From the NCBI GenBank assembly GCA_039818205.1, contig JBCBUK010000014.1, forward strand, positions 1 through 64,000: DNA of 64,000 nt. Direction: 5' to 3'. The stretch's first letter is position 1; each line of letters opens with the position of its first letter. The notes beneath the pieces are model-generated. The model worked only from the letters and a program-made list of their open reading frames with translations. It made no database searches and was not told where the DNA came from. The stretch is from Verrucomicrobiota bacterium (GTDB lineage Bacteria; Verrucomicrobiota; Verrucomicrobiia; Opitutales; Cerasicoccaceae). Shown here in pieces: positions 1 to 8,097 of the stretch. The translations under genes and the position numbers were made by a program.

Positions 1-18
1 ATATACAAACAAATCTAG

Positions 19-81
19 ACCGAACCAGCCGGAGTGAGCAACGGAGCCATGCGGCCCCCGCGCTCATCCTCATCGTTAGCT
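19..81 (+). repeat. attC-like integron recombination site 1
   Basis: R'' ACCGAAC (19-25), 5-nt spacer, L'' GGAGTGAGC pairing with L' GCTCATCC with one extrahelical G, 5-nt spacer, R' GTTAGCT (75-81), ATG 14 nt later. Confidence 0.8.
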
Positions 82-94
82 ATCAAGGGAAATT

Positions 95-961
95 ATGAGT
101 ATTGATTCAAGGCAGCGTGAAGTTGCAAGATACAAAAAGGAAATTGCTGACCTTCAAAAGAAAGACTCTGATGAGGCTAAGAAAGAGGTATCTAAAGGTA
201 AAGAAGCCGAAAGAACTTCACGTTCGTTAAACTCGACACGAAGCGAAAGCACTGCCAGAAGCTATCAGAGTAAGTTGATTCGGTTAAGCGATGACATGTC
301 AAAAATATCAGCTAAAAGGGCTGGTATAGCAAAAAAGATAGCGCAAAAAACGACCATACTCCATCGTTCAGAGCAAGCACTCGGAAAAGAGCAGGAAACA
401 GAACGTAAAAAAATAGCAGCTTCAGAAAAAAGAAGAGAGCAAGAACAGCTCTCACATCAACGACAGATAACAAATGAACTTAAGCTTCAAAAAGAGCTTA
501 TCAACTCACAAGAATATAATCTCAGTCAAAATAAAGACTCTGTACAGCATGACGTATTTATTAGCCATGCTAGTCAGGATAAGGATAGTTTGGTTCGGCC
601 TCTTGCAAATGAGTTAACTGAAATGGGGTTTGACGTTTGGTATGACGAAAGTACTTTAAAAGTCGGCGATAGCCTTAGAGAAAAAATTGATCAAGGTTTG
701 TCATCATCAAGGTATGGCATAGTCGTCTTGTCCGAGTCGTTCTTTGCAAAAAATTGGCCTCAGTATGAATTAAATGGCTTAGTTGCAAGAGAGATGCACG
801 GGGTGAAAGTCATTCTTCCAATATGGCATAAGGTATCAAAAGATGAGGTACTTAGCTTTAGTCCAACTTTAGCTGACAAAGTGGCTCTAAACACATCAAT
901 TTCTAGCGTATCTGAAATCGCAAAAGAGCTAGCTGAGGTATTGTCGGAAGATGAAAGCTAA
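95..961 (+). CDS. Coiled-coil + C-terminal TIR-domain protein (TcpB/TirS/AbTir-like, putative NADase); gene cassette 1
   Basis: Charged coiled-coil N-half; TIR motifs DVFISHASQDK, GFDVWYDE, GDSLREKIDQGL, WPQYEL (WxxxE catalytic Glu), ILPIWH. Confidence 0.9.
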   Translation: MSIDSRQREVARYKKEIADLQKKDSDEAKKEVSKGKEAERTSRSLNSTRSESTARSYQSKLIRLSDDMSKISAKRAGIAKKIAQKTTILHRSEQALGKEQETERKKIAASEKRREQEQLSHQRQITNELKLQKELINSQEYNLSQNKDSVQHDVFISHASQDKDSLVRPLANELTEMGFDVWYDESTLKVGDSLREKIDQGLSSSRYGIVVLSESFFAKNWPQYELNGLVAREMHGVKVILPIWHKVSKDEVLSFSPTLADKVALNTSISSVSEIAKELAEVLSEDES

Positions 962-1036
962 CAAGGCAATGAAAAATCGCCCACAAAAAACGTGGGCTAG
1001 ACTCGCTAACGCTCGCCTTTTATTGCGACGTTCGAT
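956..1036 (+). repeat. attC-like site 2
   Basis: R'' AGCTAAC (956-962, contains the TIR stop) is the exact reverse complement of GTTAGCT at 75-81. GCAAT(G)AAAA/TTTTATTGC arms with extrahelical G; inner GCCCAC/GTGGGC stem; R' GTTCGAT at 1030-1036. Confidence 0.85.
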
Positions 1037-1042
1037 GAAGGA

Positions 1043-1459
1043 ATGAAAAAACTGATCCTTAGAGCTATTATCGCCGTCTCACTACTTTTCGTATGCCTGA
1101 TCGCATTCCTGTTCTTGTTTCCTTGGCCACTAGCCACTTCGAGTGAAATCCTTAATCGATATGTTTTGAACCCGACACCGGAGGGAACAGAAATAAAGGA
1201 ACTCTACTACTTCAACCCATCGCTTGGTGATGGTTCTATTCTACTTGAACTCACTCTTACCGAAAATGGAATGAAAGAAGTCCTTGAAAGGTATGAATGG
1301 GAGCATCTCGATTATACATCAGCGCATCTCCTCAGATCATTTGATGTGATAAGCGAAGAAATAGAAAGCGACCTTTTAGGGATAGAGGTAACCGACTTCC
1401 TTCGAATTGAAATTAACCTCAAGGATTCCAACACAGCCATCTTAGCCGCCACAATATAA
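1043..1459 (+). CDS. Hypothetical protein with N-terminal membrane anchor; gene cassette 2
   Basis: ORF with N-terminal hydrophobic helix, bounded by GTTCGAT (1030) and its reverse complement ATCGAAC (1462). Confidence 0.75.
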   Translation: MKKLILRAIIAVSLLFVCLIAFLFLFPWPLATSSEILNRYVLNPTPEGTEIKELYYFNPSLGDGSILLELTLTENGMKEVLERYEWEHLDYTSAHLLRSFDVISEEIESDLLGIEVTDFLRIEINLKDSNTAILAATI

Positions 1460-1461
1460 AT

Positions 1462-1518
1462 ATCGAACTAGCCGGTTCGGATCAACGCCTACGGCGCGCC
1501 CGACTTTGACAATTCGGC
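1462..1518 (+). repeat. attC-like site 3 (degenerate R')
   Basis: R'' ATCGAAC, GGTTCGG/CCGACT arms; R' reads AATTCGGC instead of GTTCGGC. Confidence 0.65.
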
Positions 1519-1527
1519 GAAAGATAA

Positions 1528-1989
1528 ATGAAACTGGAAACATTCACACCCAGACTAAATAGCTTTCTAAAAGAAGCTTCAGCGATTGCCCTAAGATCCT
1601 ATGCACCTTCAAAGGTTCCGACAGTCGGACTGCACATCAATCCGAACGATGGCTATGTTGGACTAGCTACTCATTCCGAAAAAATAGAAGGCAGCGCAGC
1701 TCTTGGAATCCCAGAATTTGACGATCCAGAAGTGCACTACACCCACTTTGACGAATGGGACGAAAACTACTGGAATAAAAAGGAGAATGTATCTTTTGCT
1801 GATAAAGAAGTCAGCATGGAGAGCTGCCAAGGTGACGAAGAATATGCAGAAATCTTTGTAGAATGGTCGATGTCTGTCCTAAAAGATTTTGCACAAAGTT
1901 CAGATTCCCCATTCTCTGGCATTATGCTTTGTGTTCACCCAGTGTCATCAGATCCTTATCGACTTTGGGACCCAAAAATCAAGGCCTAG
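1528..1989 (+). CDS. Acidic hypothetical protein; gene cassette 3
   Basis: 153-aa ORF between attC-like sites; no family recognised. Confidence 0.7.
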   Translation: MKLETFTPRLNSFLKEASAIALRSYAPSKVPTVGLHINPNDGYVGLATHSEKIEGSAALGIPEFDDPEVHYTHFDEWDENYWNKKENVSFADKEVSMESCQGDEEYAEIFVEWSMSVLKDFAQSSDSPFSGIMLCVHPVSSDPYRLWDPKIKA

Positions 1990-2055
1990 CCAGGCGCCCC
2001 TATCAATTCCGTTACAGCTCCGCCTCCACTCCATCGATACATCTCCACGTTACTA
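1984..2055 (+). repeat. attC-like site 4 (degenerate)
   Basis: GCCTAGC (R''-like, AAC>AGC) overlapping the stop; TATCAAT/ATCGATA arms; GTTACTA at 2049-2055. Confidence 0.5.
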
Positions 2056-2146
2056 GCGAGAAAATGCGTGTAGCGAAACGAGCAGAGCGATGTTCCCGAC
2101 TGGGTGAGAGAAGCGAATCGCGGCAATGGAACGGTTCACAGTCAGA

Positions 2147-2491
2147 TTAGATAACGTTGTAAGTGGACTCTCGCTCCTTCGCGTTCAGCTTGGCGATGTT
2201 TTGGGCGGTATAGGGGTTACGTATTTTCCACTCTTGGGCCAATTCGTGAACGGCTTCCACCCTGCCTCGAGGAAAATCTATATCTGATTCGTGAATCATG
2301 TACAGAAGGTGTTCTAGTGCGGCACCAGACTCATTATGATCGATGTAGTCTAAAACGGTAAGCTCTCCATCCATAAGCCCAGCTTGATCGAACGTTGGAT
2401 TTTTCGGATCCCTGTCATGTAGATCACGTATTAATTGCTGCGCTAGAATCGTCGCAGTTCGGATCAGTTGGGTTTGTTCATCAACCTCCAT
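2147..2491 (-). CDS. MafI-like immunity protein (putative)
   Basis: VLDYIDHNESGAALEHLLYMIHESDI resembles the MafI-family helical motif; overlaps the integrase stop. Confidence 0.5.
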   Translation of the reverse strand: MEVDEQTQLIRTATILAQQLIRDLHDRDPKNPTFDQAGLMDGELTVLDYIDHNESGAALEHLLYMIHESDIDFPRGRVEAVHELAQEWKIRNPYTAQNIAKLNAKERESTYNVI

Positions 2492-3587
2492 TGTGTTGAT
2501 TTATGTTGCAGCTCCCACAACTTGGCACAATCTCGAAATACTCCTCAGCATCAGCTGAGCGCCCGGCTCCGTAGTAATGCTCCCAAAGTTCGGTTGCGGA
2601 GCGGTGGGGCATGAGTAGTGCGGTTTTGTCGGCGCTCTGGTGGAGCGTGACGTGATAAGTCGCAAATGAATGACGTAGACCGTTTTTGATATTATCGACT
2701 CCGCAGGCGTCCAGGACGTAGCGCTTACGGTAACGGAACGTTCGATCGGACATGCCCAGGTCCTTACGGGTATCCTCGAGCTTGAGCCATTCCCAAAGGT
2801 TAGGCTCCAGACCTTGCATGATGTGTTTGCGACGCTTCTTCATGATGGCGGCGGGTATGACGATCTCTTGGCGGTCGATGTCGATCATGCTCCAATCCAT
2901 TTTAAATACCGTTTCGGATCGGATGCCGGCGAAGGCCTTGAGCGCCAACAACGGAAGCATGGCGCGGTAGTTGGGATTCGTCGCGTTCTTGCAAAACTCG
3001 AGGAGCGCCCTCACCTCCCCCGGTTTATGAAACTTGATTTCCTCAGGTGGTTGATCCAGCAAGGCGATCTCTTTGACTGGATTGTTCACGACCCACTTGC
3101 GCTGTTTGCAGTAGAGAAAGAAAATCCGCAGGTACGAACGGTAGTTGCGAAACGTCACCGGATGCGTTGTCAGGCCATTCAGAAATGACCGTAATTGATC
3201 CGCGTCAATCTGATACGGTGCCAGGTATGAGAACGCCGGCTCGAACTTCTTCTTAAGAAAGCCAGATAGGTGCGTGTAATAGGATTTGTCTCGGTGTTGC
3301 TTCGTTTCGAGTAACGATTCAACTGCTTCCTGAACGGAGATCGAATGTGTTGGGTAATTCGTTGTGATAAAAGTCTGAACAACCTGCAAAGGATCAAGGC
3401 TTAGGGGCTCACACAGGTCCTTGATTTTCTGCCAGCGATCGAGGTCGTCCGTCGCTCCCTGCTCGTCAATCCAGCGGTCGCGCTCCTGCCGGGTCGCAAA
3501 GAATCGACTTTTCAGCTTCCGATCAACATACCATCGCGCTTCCCATGGCTTATTCCGACCCTCTCGCCTGTGCTTTTTGAAGTTCAT
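2481..3587 (-). CDS. Phage-type tyrosine recombinase/integrase
   Basis: N-terminal arm-binding-like WEARWYVDRKLKSRFF, SAM-like middle, catalytic motifs AGIRSE, NGLRHSFATYH, LMPH and HYY; no IntI-specific insertion recognised. Confidence 0.9.
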   Translation of the reverse strand: MNFKKHRREGRNKPWEARWYVDRKLKSRFFATRQERDRWIDEQGATDDLDRWQKIKDLCEPLSLDPLQVVQTFITTNYPTHSISVQEAVESLLETKQHRDKSYYTHLSGFLKKKFEPAFSYLAPYQIDADQLRSFLNGLTTHPVTFRNYRSYLRIFFLYCKQRKWVVNNPVKEIALLDQPPEEIKFHKPGEVRALLEFCKNATNPNYRAMLPLLALKAFAGIRSETVFKMDWSMIDIDRQEIVIPAAIMKKRRKHIMQGLEPNLWEWLKLEDTRKDLGMSDRTFRYRKRYVLDACGVDNIKNGLRHSFATYHVTLHQSADKTALLMPHRSATELWEHYYGAGRSADAEEYFEIVPSCGSCNINQHNGG

Positions 3588-3590
3588 ATC

Positions 3591-3611
3591 TGCCTTAACT
3601 CAGTTAAGGCA
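3591..3611. promoter_or_regulatory. Perfect palindrome immediately upstream of the integrase start
   Basis: TGCCTTAACT-C-AGTTAAGGCA, 3 nt from the ATG. Confidence 0.5.
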
Positions 3612-3741
3612 TTTTCCCAAATAAGCCATCTCAAACTGTCACGAGTGCCTGAAAACAGCACATAGCAAATCCCCGCGATCCCAGTCATAGTCTGAAATTG
3701 GGCACAAATAAAGGCCTAGCGACGAACTAGACCAAATGTGC

Positions 3742-3831
3742 TGGCGGAGAGGGCGGGATTCGAACCCGCGGAAGGGTTTCCCCTTCGCATCTTTAGCAAA
3801 GATGTGCTTTCGGCCACTCAGCCACCTCTCC
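3742..3831 (-). tRNA. tRNA-Ser(GCT)
   Basis: GGAGAGG acceptor stem, anticodon arm CATCT-TTGCTAA-AGATG, long variable arm, GGTTCGAATCC, encoded CCA. Confidence 0.97.
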
Positions 3832-3884
3832 AAAGCAAAAGGCATAGAAGAATAATCCGATCTTGGGCTGTCAATGCTTTTTGC

Positions 3885-4403
3885 TCAGGATTCACCCGGC
3901 AGCGGAGGTGGATTTGACGAGCGCGATAGCTTGTGCAATTTCCAGCAGACATTGAACTGGGCGACTAACACAATAAAGCCGCCAACCATCGAGCCCCACT
4001 TAAGAATGGCCTTGGACCTCGCGAGCGTGTCACGCCAGAGGAATTCCGGGATGCGCTCACCACGAACCTGCTCGAGAATCTCACGGCTATGGTCCCAGTA
4101 GTCACTCTCGATCGCAAATCGAGCGAAGGTCATCATTGAAATCCAAATCAGAAAACCGAGCGCACCCTGGGTCCAAATGATTCGCCGCCAGCCCCGGACC
4201 GGGTCCAGTGCTGCCAACTTCAAGTTCTTCACGTCGAGAATGCCAACTATCAGGAATGCCATATTCAGAAGGGCTCCCTGCCAGTCAACGGTAACCACGG
4301 AATAGACAAGGCCTGGTACCGCAAAAGCAATAATCACCCATGCAGCGATGCGTATCCAGGTCACCATAGGCTTCCATGATCCGACTTCCTGCAGGGTCGG
4401 CAA
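3885..4403 (-). CDS. Hypothetical membrane protein (about 4 TM)
   Basis: ORF with several hydrophobic helices; TTG start uncertain. Confidence 0.65.
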   Translation of the reverse strand: MPTLQEVGSWKPMVTWIRIAAWVIIAFAVPGLVYSVVTVDWQGALLNMAFLIVGILDVKNLKLAALDPVRGWRRIIWTQGALGFLIWISMMTFARFAIESDYWDHSREILEQVRGERIPEFLWRDTLARSKAILKWGSMVGGFIVLVAQFNVCWKLHKLSRSSNPPPLPGES

Positions 4404-4470
4404 GGCAATCTTGGCCGATAGCCCGAAAAAGTTTTGCGCTCAAGCCGTCGGCCGTTCAAATTCGGGTCCC

Positions 4471-4821
4471 ATGTATGAGCTAACCGGAAAAGTAAAGCTT
4501 GTCATGGACGAGCAAACATTTGGAAGTGGATTCAACAAGCGCGAATTCGTGGTAACCACGGGAGACGATCGCTACCCACAAGACATCAAATTTGAAACCG
4601 TCAAAGACAAAACGTCACTCCTTGATGGCGTGAGCGAAGGTGACGAGGTGACCGTCAGCTTTGACGTCCGCGGACGCGAATGGAAGGGAAACTACTACGT
4701 AAACCTGAATGCGTGGAAAATTGCGGCTGGCGCCGTAAAGTCTGAAGGTGGCAACGAACCGCCCCTTGACTATTATGACAAAAACGCTGAAAACCCCGAG
4801 GAAGAAGACGTCCCGTTCTAA
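4471..4821 (+). CDS. DUF3127 family (SSB-like OB-fold) protein
   Basis: GFNKREFVV, YPQDIKFE, FDVRGREW and acidic tail ending DVPF; start reassigned to ATG 4471. Confidence 0.85.
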   Translation: MYELTGKVKLVMDEQTFGSGFNKREFVVTTGDDRYPQDIKFETVKDKTSLLDGVSEGDEVTVSFDVRGREWKGNYYVNLNAWKIAAGAVKSEGGNEPPLDYYDKNAENPEEEDVPF

Positions 4822-4986
4822 GCCAAGCTCGGGACAGCTCATTGAACCCAATCATAGCCTGGGCGGCGGTCCAAAGAGTTTTGGGGACGCCCGGACGGAA
4901 CGCATTCTTAGGTTGCAAAAAAAACATTGCCAACCCAGTAGAAAGCCGTCAATTTCCACCGCTTTTCACCTTTAGACGATACCACC

Positions 4987-5157
4987 ATGGCACGAGAAAC
5001 CATCATTTTGGAATGCACCGAAGCGCGTAAGGAAAACAAGCCTGTTTCGCGTTACATGAGCACACGCAACAAGAAGCTCCAAACCGACCGCGTCGAGAAG
5101 AAGAAGTATAACCCACATCTTCGCCGCCACACCTTGCACCGCGAGATCAAAAACTAA
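4987..5157 (+). CDS. rpmG: 50S ribosomal protein L33
   Basis: Manual translation [12 protein letters not shown]...TRNKK...[15 protein letters not shown]; below the ORF-track cutoff. Confidence 0.95.
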   Translation: MARETIILECTEARKENKPVSRYMSTRNKKLQTDRVEKKKYNPHLRRHTLHREIKN

Positions 5158-5184
5158 GTCGCGCAAGCAACTCGTTTTTTTTGC

Positions 5185-5219
5185 AAGCCAGCCTCCTTCG
5201 GGCTGGCTTATTTATTTTT
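5185..5219 (+). terminator. Intrinsic terminator after rpmG
   Basis: AAGCCAGCC/GGCTGGCTT stem followed by a T-rich tract. Confidence 0.7.
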
Positions 5220-5526
5220 GGGTAGAGCGGCGAATATTCGGCGGACGCGTGCTGCTGCGTTTACGAGACCGCACGGCGGTCCCCTGCCCTGAGCCACTAA
5301 TCGAGTCCGGACCAGCCGACCGACGAGCCGAGCGCCACTTATCCCGGTGATTCCGGATCCAATCAAGCAAGGCACGCTCAAATCCAATATCGTAACCAAG
5401 CTTTTCCGATTCGATCCACTTGTGACGCAGGATTTCCTCACGCTCAGCCAAAAATTCCTGATACAGGCTTGAGCGCTGTACCAAATCCTCCCCATTTGGG
5501 ACGGTTTTGCGTTCCGGAGTTTTCAT
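5212..5526 (-). CDS. DUF4032-like protein
   Basis: EEILRHKWIESEKLGYDIGFERALLDW motif. Confidence 0.75.
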   Translation of the reverse strand: MKTPERKTVPNGEDLVQRSSLYQEFLAEREEILRHKWIESEKLGYDIGFERALLDWIRNHRDKWRSARRSAGPDSISGSGQGTAVRSRKRSSTRPPNIRRSTQK

Positions 5527-5683
5527 CTGGCTAGTTATGCGCAGAAACTAAACATTTCTGCGAAAGTGCGCCTAAATGCGGCGTGAGTTTCAGTTAGGTT
5601 GATACTAATTAAAACCCTATGCCCTCGGTTTGTAAAGTCCCATCGAGAATAATGGGATTAAATTTATTAACACTATTGCCAGA

Positions 5684-6751
5684 TCAATAACTCTCTATTA
5701 TCCGGGCAGCGATATCTCTAAAACCCTGTGCTGCAGGCCTTTCGGGGTCACTAATAACAATCGGAATTCCTTGGTCACAACCTTCCCGAAGCAATGGATC
5801 CAAGGGTATTTCACCCAGAAATTCAGTGTTCAATGCTGTAGCTGTACGCTTCCCACCTCCCTGGCCGAAGATGTATTGTCTAGAACCATCGGTACCTTCG
5901 AGATAACTCATATTTTCAGCGACTCCAAACAGCGGAACGTTAACCTTTCCAAACATCATCGCTCCACGCTGAGCAACATTCACCGCGGCCGCCTGAGGCG
6001 TTGTTACGATAATCGCCGATTTGAGCGGGAGCGTCTGCACCAGCGAAAGCTGCGCATCGCCAGTGCCCGGCGGCAGATCAACAAACAAGTAATCCAACTC
6101 GCCCCAATCGACATTCGCGGCAAACTGCTGGATCGTCTTCATGATCATGGGCCCGCGCCAAACCACGGGCGTCTGGTCATCAACCAAAAGCCCCATGGAC
6201 ATGACTCGGACATTGAAATTTTCCACCGGCAACAACATCTCGCCTCGGATCTGAGGCTGTTGCGAAATCCCCATCATGAGCGGTGTCGACGGCCCATAGA
6301 TATCGCAATCCATCAAGCCAACACGGCGTTTCTTGCCCTGCTCGGTCAGCACGCGATCCATCGCACACGCCAGGTTAACTGCGAAGGTGCTTTTACCGAC
6401 GCCACCCTTACCACTCGCAATTGCGATAATGTTCTTTACCCCAGGCAACGCCTGCTGAGACGGCCCAGTGACATTGCGTGAATCGCCGGATGCCGGCGGT
6501 GGCGTTTTCGGTGTGCTCACCACAATGCTCACATCGCATTCCACGATGCCCTCAAGCTGCAGCAGCGTGTTTTCAACATCAGCCTTAATCTGAACCGGGA
6601 TGCGAGGATCACCCGTGGTGATCGCGATCTGGACCTTGGGGACACCACCGGCCAATTCGATGTTTTTGATCAGCCCGAACGATACAATATCGCGACTGAA
6701 TCCTGGATACTTGACTGCTTTGAGTGCTTCTTCGATTTGAGATGCTTCCAT
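5684..6751 (-). CDS. mrp: Mrp/ApbC (NBP35) Fe-S cluster carrier ATPase
   Basis: SGKGGVGKST, DIYGPS, WRGPM, DLPPGTGDAQL; start likely ATG 6751. Confidence 0.93.
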   Translation of the reverse strand: MEASQIEEALKAVKYPGFSRDIVSFGLIKNIELAGGVPKVQIAITTGDPRIPVQIKADVENTLLQLEGIVECDVSIVVSTPKTPPPASGDSRNVTGPSQQALPGVKNIIAIASGKGGVGKSTFAVNLACAMDRVLTEQGKKRRVGLMDCDIYGPSTPLMMGISQQPQIRGEMLLPVENFNVRVMSMGLLVDDQTPVVWRGPMIMKTIQQFAANVDWGELDYLFVDLPPGTGDAQLSLVQTLPLKSAIIVTTPQAAAVNVAQRGAMMFGKVNVPLFGVAENMSYLEGTDGSRQYIFGQGGGKRTATALNTEFLGEIPLDPLLREGCDQGIPIVISDPERPAAQGFRDIAARIIESY

Positions 6752-6879
6752 ACGATACCTGGTAAACGGAACGTTAAGTTTCGTCACTATGTCAATCGTC
6801 ATCTGGCTTTCAACGGCCAAGCCACGTTTTTTTTAAAATCCGATTGAACCAGATTGCGGGCATGATTGTCTCATAACCC

Positions 6880-8073
6880 ATGCGAATCTTCCGTAGCATC
6901 GGGTCCGTGTTGGGACTTTTTCTCGTAGCAATCTCTAACGCTCAGGGCCAGGGGCATGAGATCGTTGGCGTGGTGGACAAGAATGTTCGCCCCATCTCGA
7001 TCCAAAGCAGCGATGGGCCAGCCAAAGCCCTCGCCGAGCAGGCCTTTAATACACACGGTGGCTTTCGTGTCGCTAGCAGCGGCCGGGTCGATTTCACGTT
7101 CCGACTGACGCCACTGCCTGGCGATCGTTGCCGCATACAAGTCCTCTCGGGCCAGCCAGCACAAATCGTTTTTGAAGACACCGCAATCGGCACCGATCAA
7201 GCCAACGCCGTGCTGAAAGCCTGCGACGCCGCCGTTCAGCAAACCACCGGGAAGCCCGGCTACTTCGCGGGTAAAATCGCCATGGTCAGCAACCGTTCCG
7301 GGCATTCTGAGATCTACCTGGGCGACCTGTTTTTCCGCAAAGTTCGCCAACTCACCAATGACAAATCCAACGCCCTCAAGCCCTACCTTTCACCCGATGG
7401 CCGCACACTCTTCTATCGCGGCTACTATCGCACGGGATTCCCCGATGTCTTCAAAGTCGATGTCAGCAGTGGACGCCGCACTCAATTCGCTAGCTACAAA
7501 GGCACGAACTCCGGTGGCGCCGTGAGCCCCAACAACCAAAAGGTCGCATTGATACTTTCTAGCCCGGGTGACATGGAACTCTACACGCAAGATATCAACG
7601 GCAATTCAAAACCCCGACGATTGACCCGCAGCCGCAGTGTTGAAACGGATCCAACTTGGTCACCTGACGGAGGCCGGCTAATCATTACCAGTGATCGCAT
7701 TGGCGGCCCGCAACTTTTCGAAATTCCGGCCCAAGGTGGGCCGATGACGCGCCTGCCGACCAACATCAGCCGCTACTGCGCTGAGCCCAATTGGAACCCA
7801 CGAGACGCGAGCAAGGTGGTTTTCACCGCTGCGATGGGCGGCGGCTACGAACTCGCCCTGTTCGAGTATGGCAAGGGCGCGGCCAAGCCATTGACCAGTG
7901 TCGCTGGCAACGCCAAGGAACCCGTCTGGCTCAATGACGGACGACACATCTTGTATACCGAGGAATCCAACGGCTCGAAGTTTCTCGCCATCGTCGATAG
8001 CGAAACGGGTAAGCGAACCCGCGTGTCACCCTCCAAGTTTGGCAACGCCTCCATGCCATCCTACGCTTACTAG
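6880..8073 (+). CDS. tolB: TolB-like periplasmic beta-propeller protein
   Basis: Signal peptide and PD40 repeats (SPDGRTL, PTWSPDGG, EPNWNP). Confidence 0.8.
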   Translation: MRIFRSIGSVLGLFLVAISNAQGQGHEIVGVVDKNVRPISIQSSDGPAKALAEQAFNTHGGFRVASSGRVDFTFRLTPLPGDRCRIQVLSGQPAQIVFEDTAIGTDQANAVLKACDAAVQQTTGKPGYFAGKIAMVSNRSGHSEIYLGDLFFRKVRQLTNDKSNALKPYLSPDGRTLFYRGYYRTGFPDVFKVDVSSGRRTQFASYKGTNSGGAVSPNNQKVALILSSPGDMELYTQDINGNSKPRRLTRSRSVETDPTWSPDGGRLIITSDRIGGPQLFEIPAQGGPMTRLPTNISRYCAEPNWNPRDASKVVFTAAMGGGYELALFEYGKGAAKPLTSVAGNAKEPVWLNDGRHILYTEESNGSKFLAIVDSETGKRTRVSPSKFGNASMPSYAY

Positions 8074-8097
8074 AACCCGACGAGGTCCGCTCGAGAA

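Larger units (their letters stand above)
1..3741. mobile_element. Right end of a tRNA-Ser-anchored genomic island (integrase + cassette array); left boundary outside window
   Basis: Tyrosine recombinase lies directly downstream of the tRNA-Ser 3' end and is co-oriented with it. Cargo at 1-2.5 kb is visibly more AT-rich than the core genes to the right. No duplicated tRNA 3' end seen in the window. Confidence 0.75.

Noticed and set aside
19..2055. CRISPR array or plain terminators as the explanation for the spacers
   Set aside because: The palindromes differ in sequence, are separated by whole genes and lack U-tracts. No CRISPR repeats or cas genes were seen in the window.
2056..2155. A fifth attC, or an inverted attC for the 2147-2491 gene
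   Set aside because: Only partial cores (GATTAGAT/ATCTAAT), with no matching arms or complementary cassette end.
2481..3587. Calling the integrase an integron integrase (IntI)
   Set aside because: Wrong position and orientation relative to the array, adjacent to a tRNA, and no IntI patch recognised.
3639..3845. 68-aa ORF
   Set aside because: It overlaps tRNA-Ser and is spurious.
4911..4936. Zur-like box upstream of the Cys-poor L33
   Set aside because: Spacing and symmetry do not match the 33749 palindrome.
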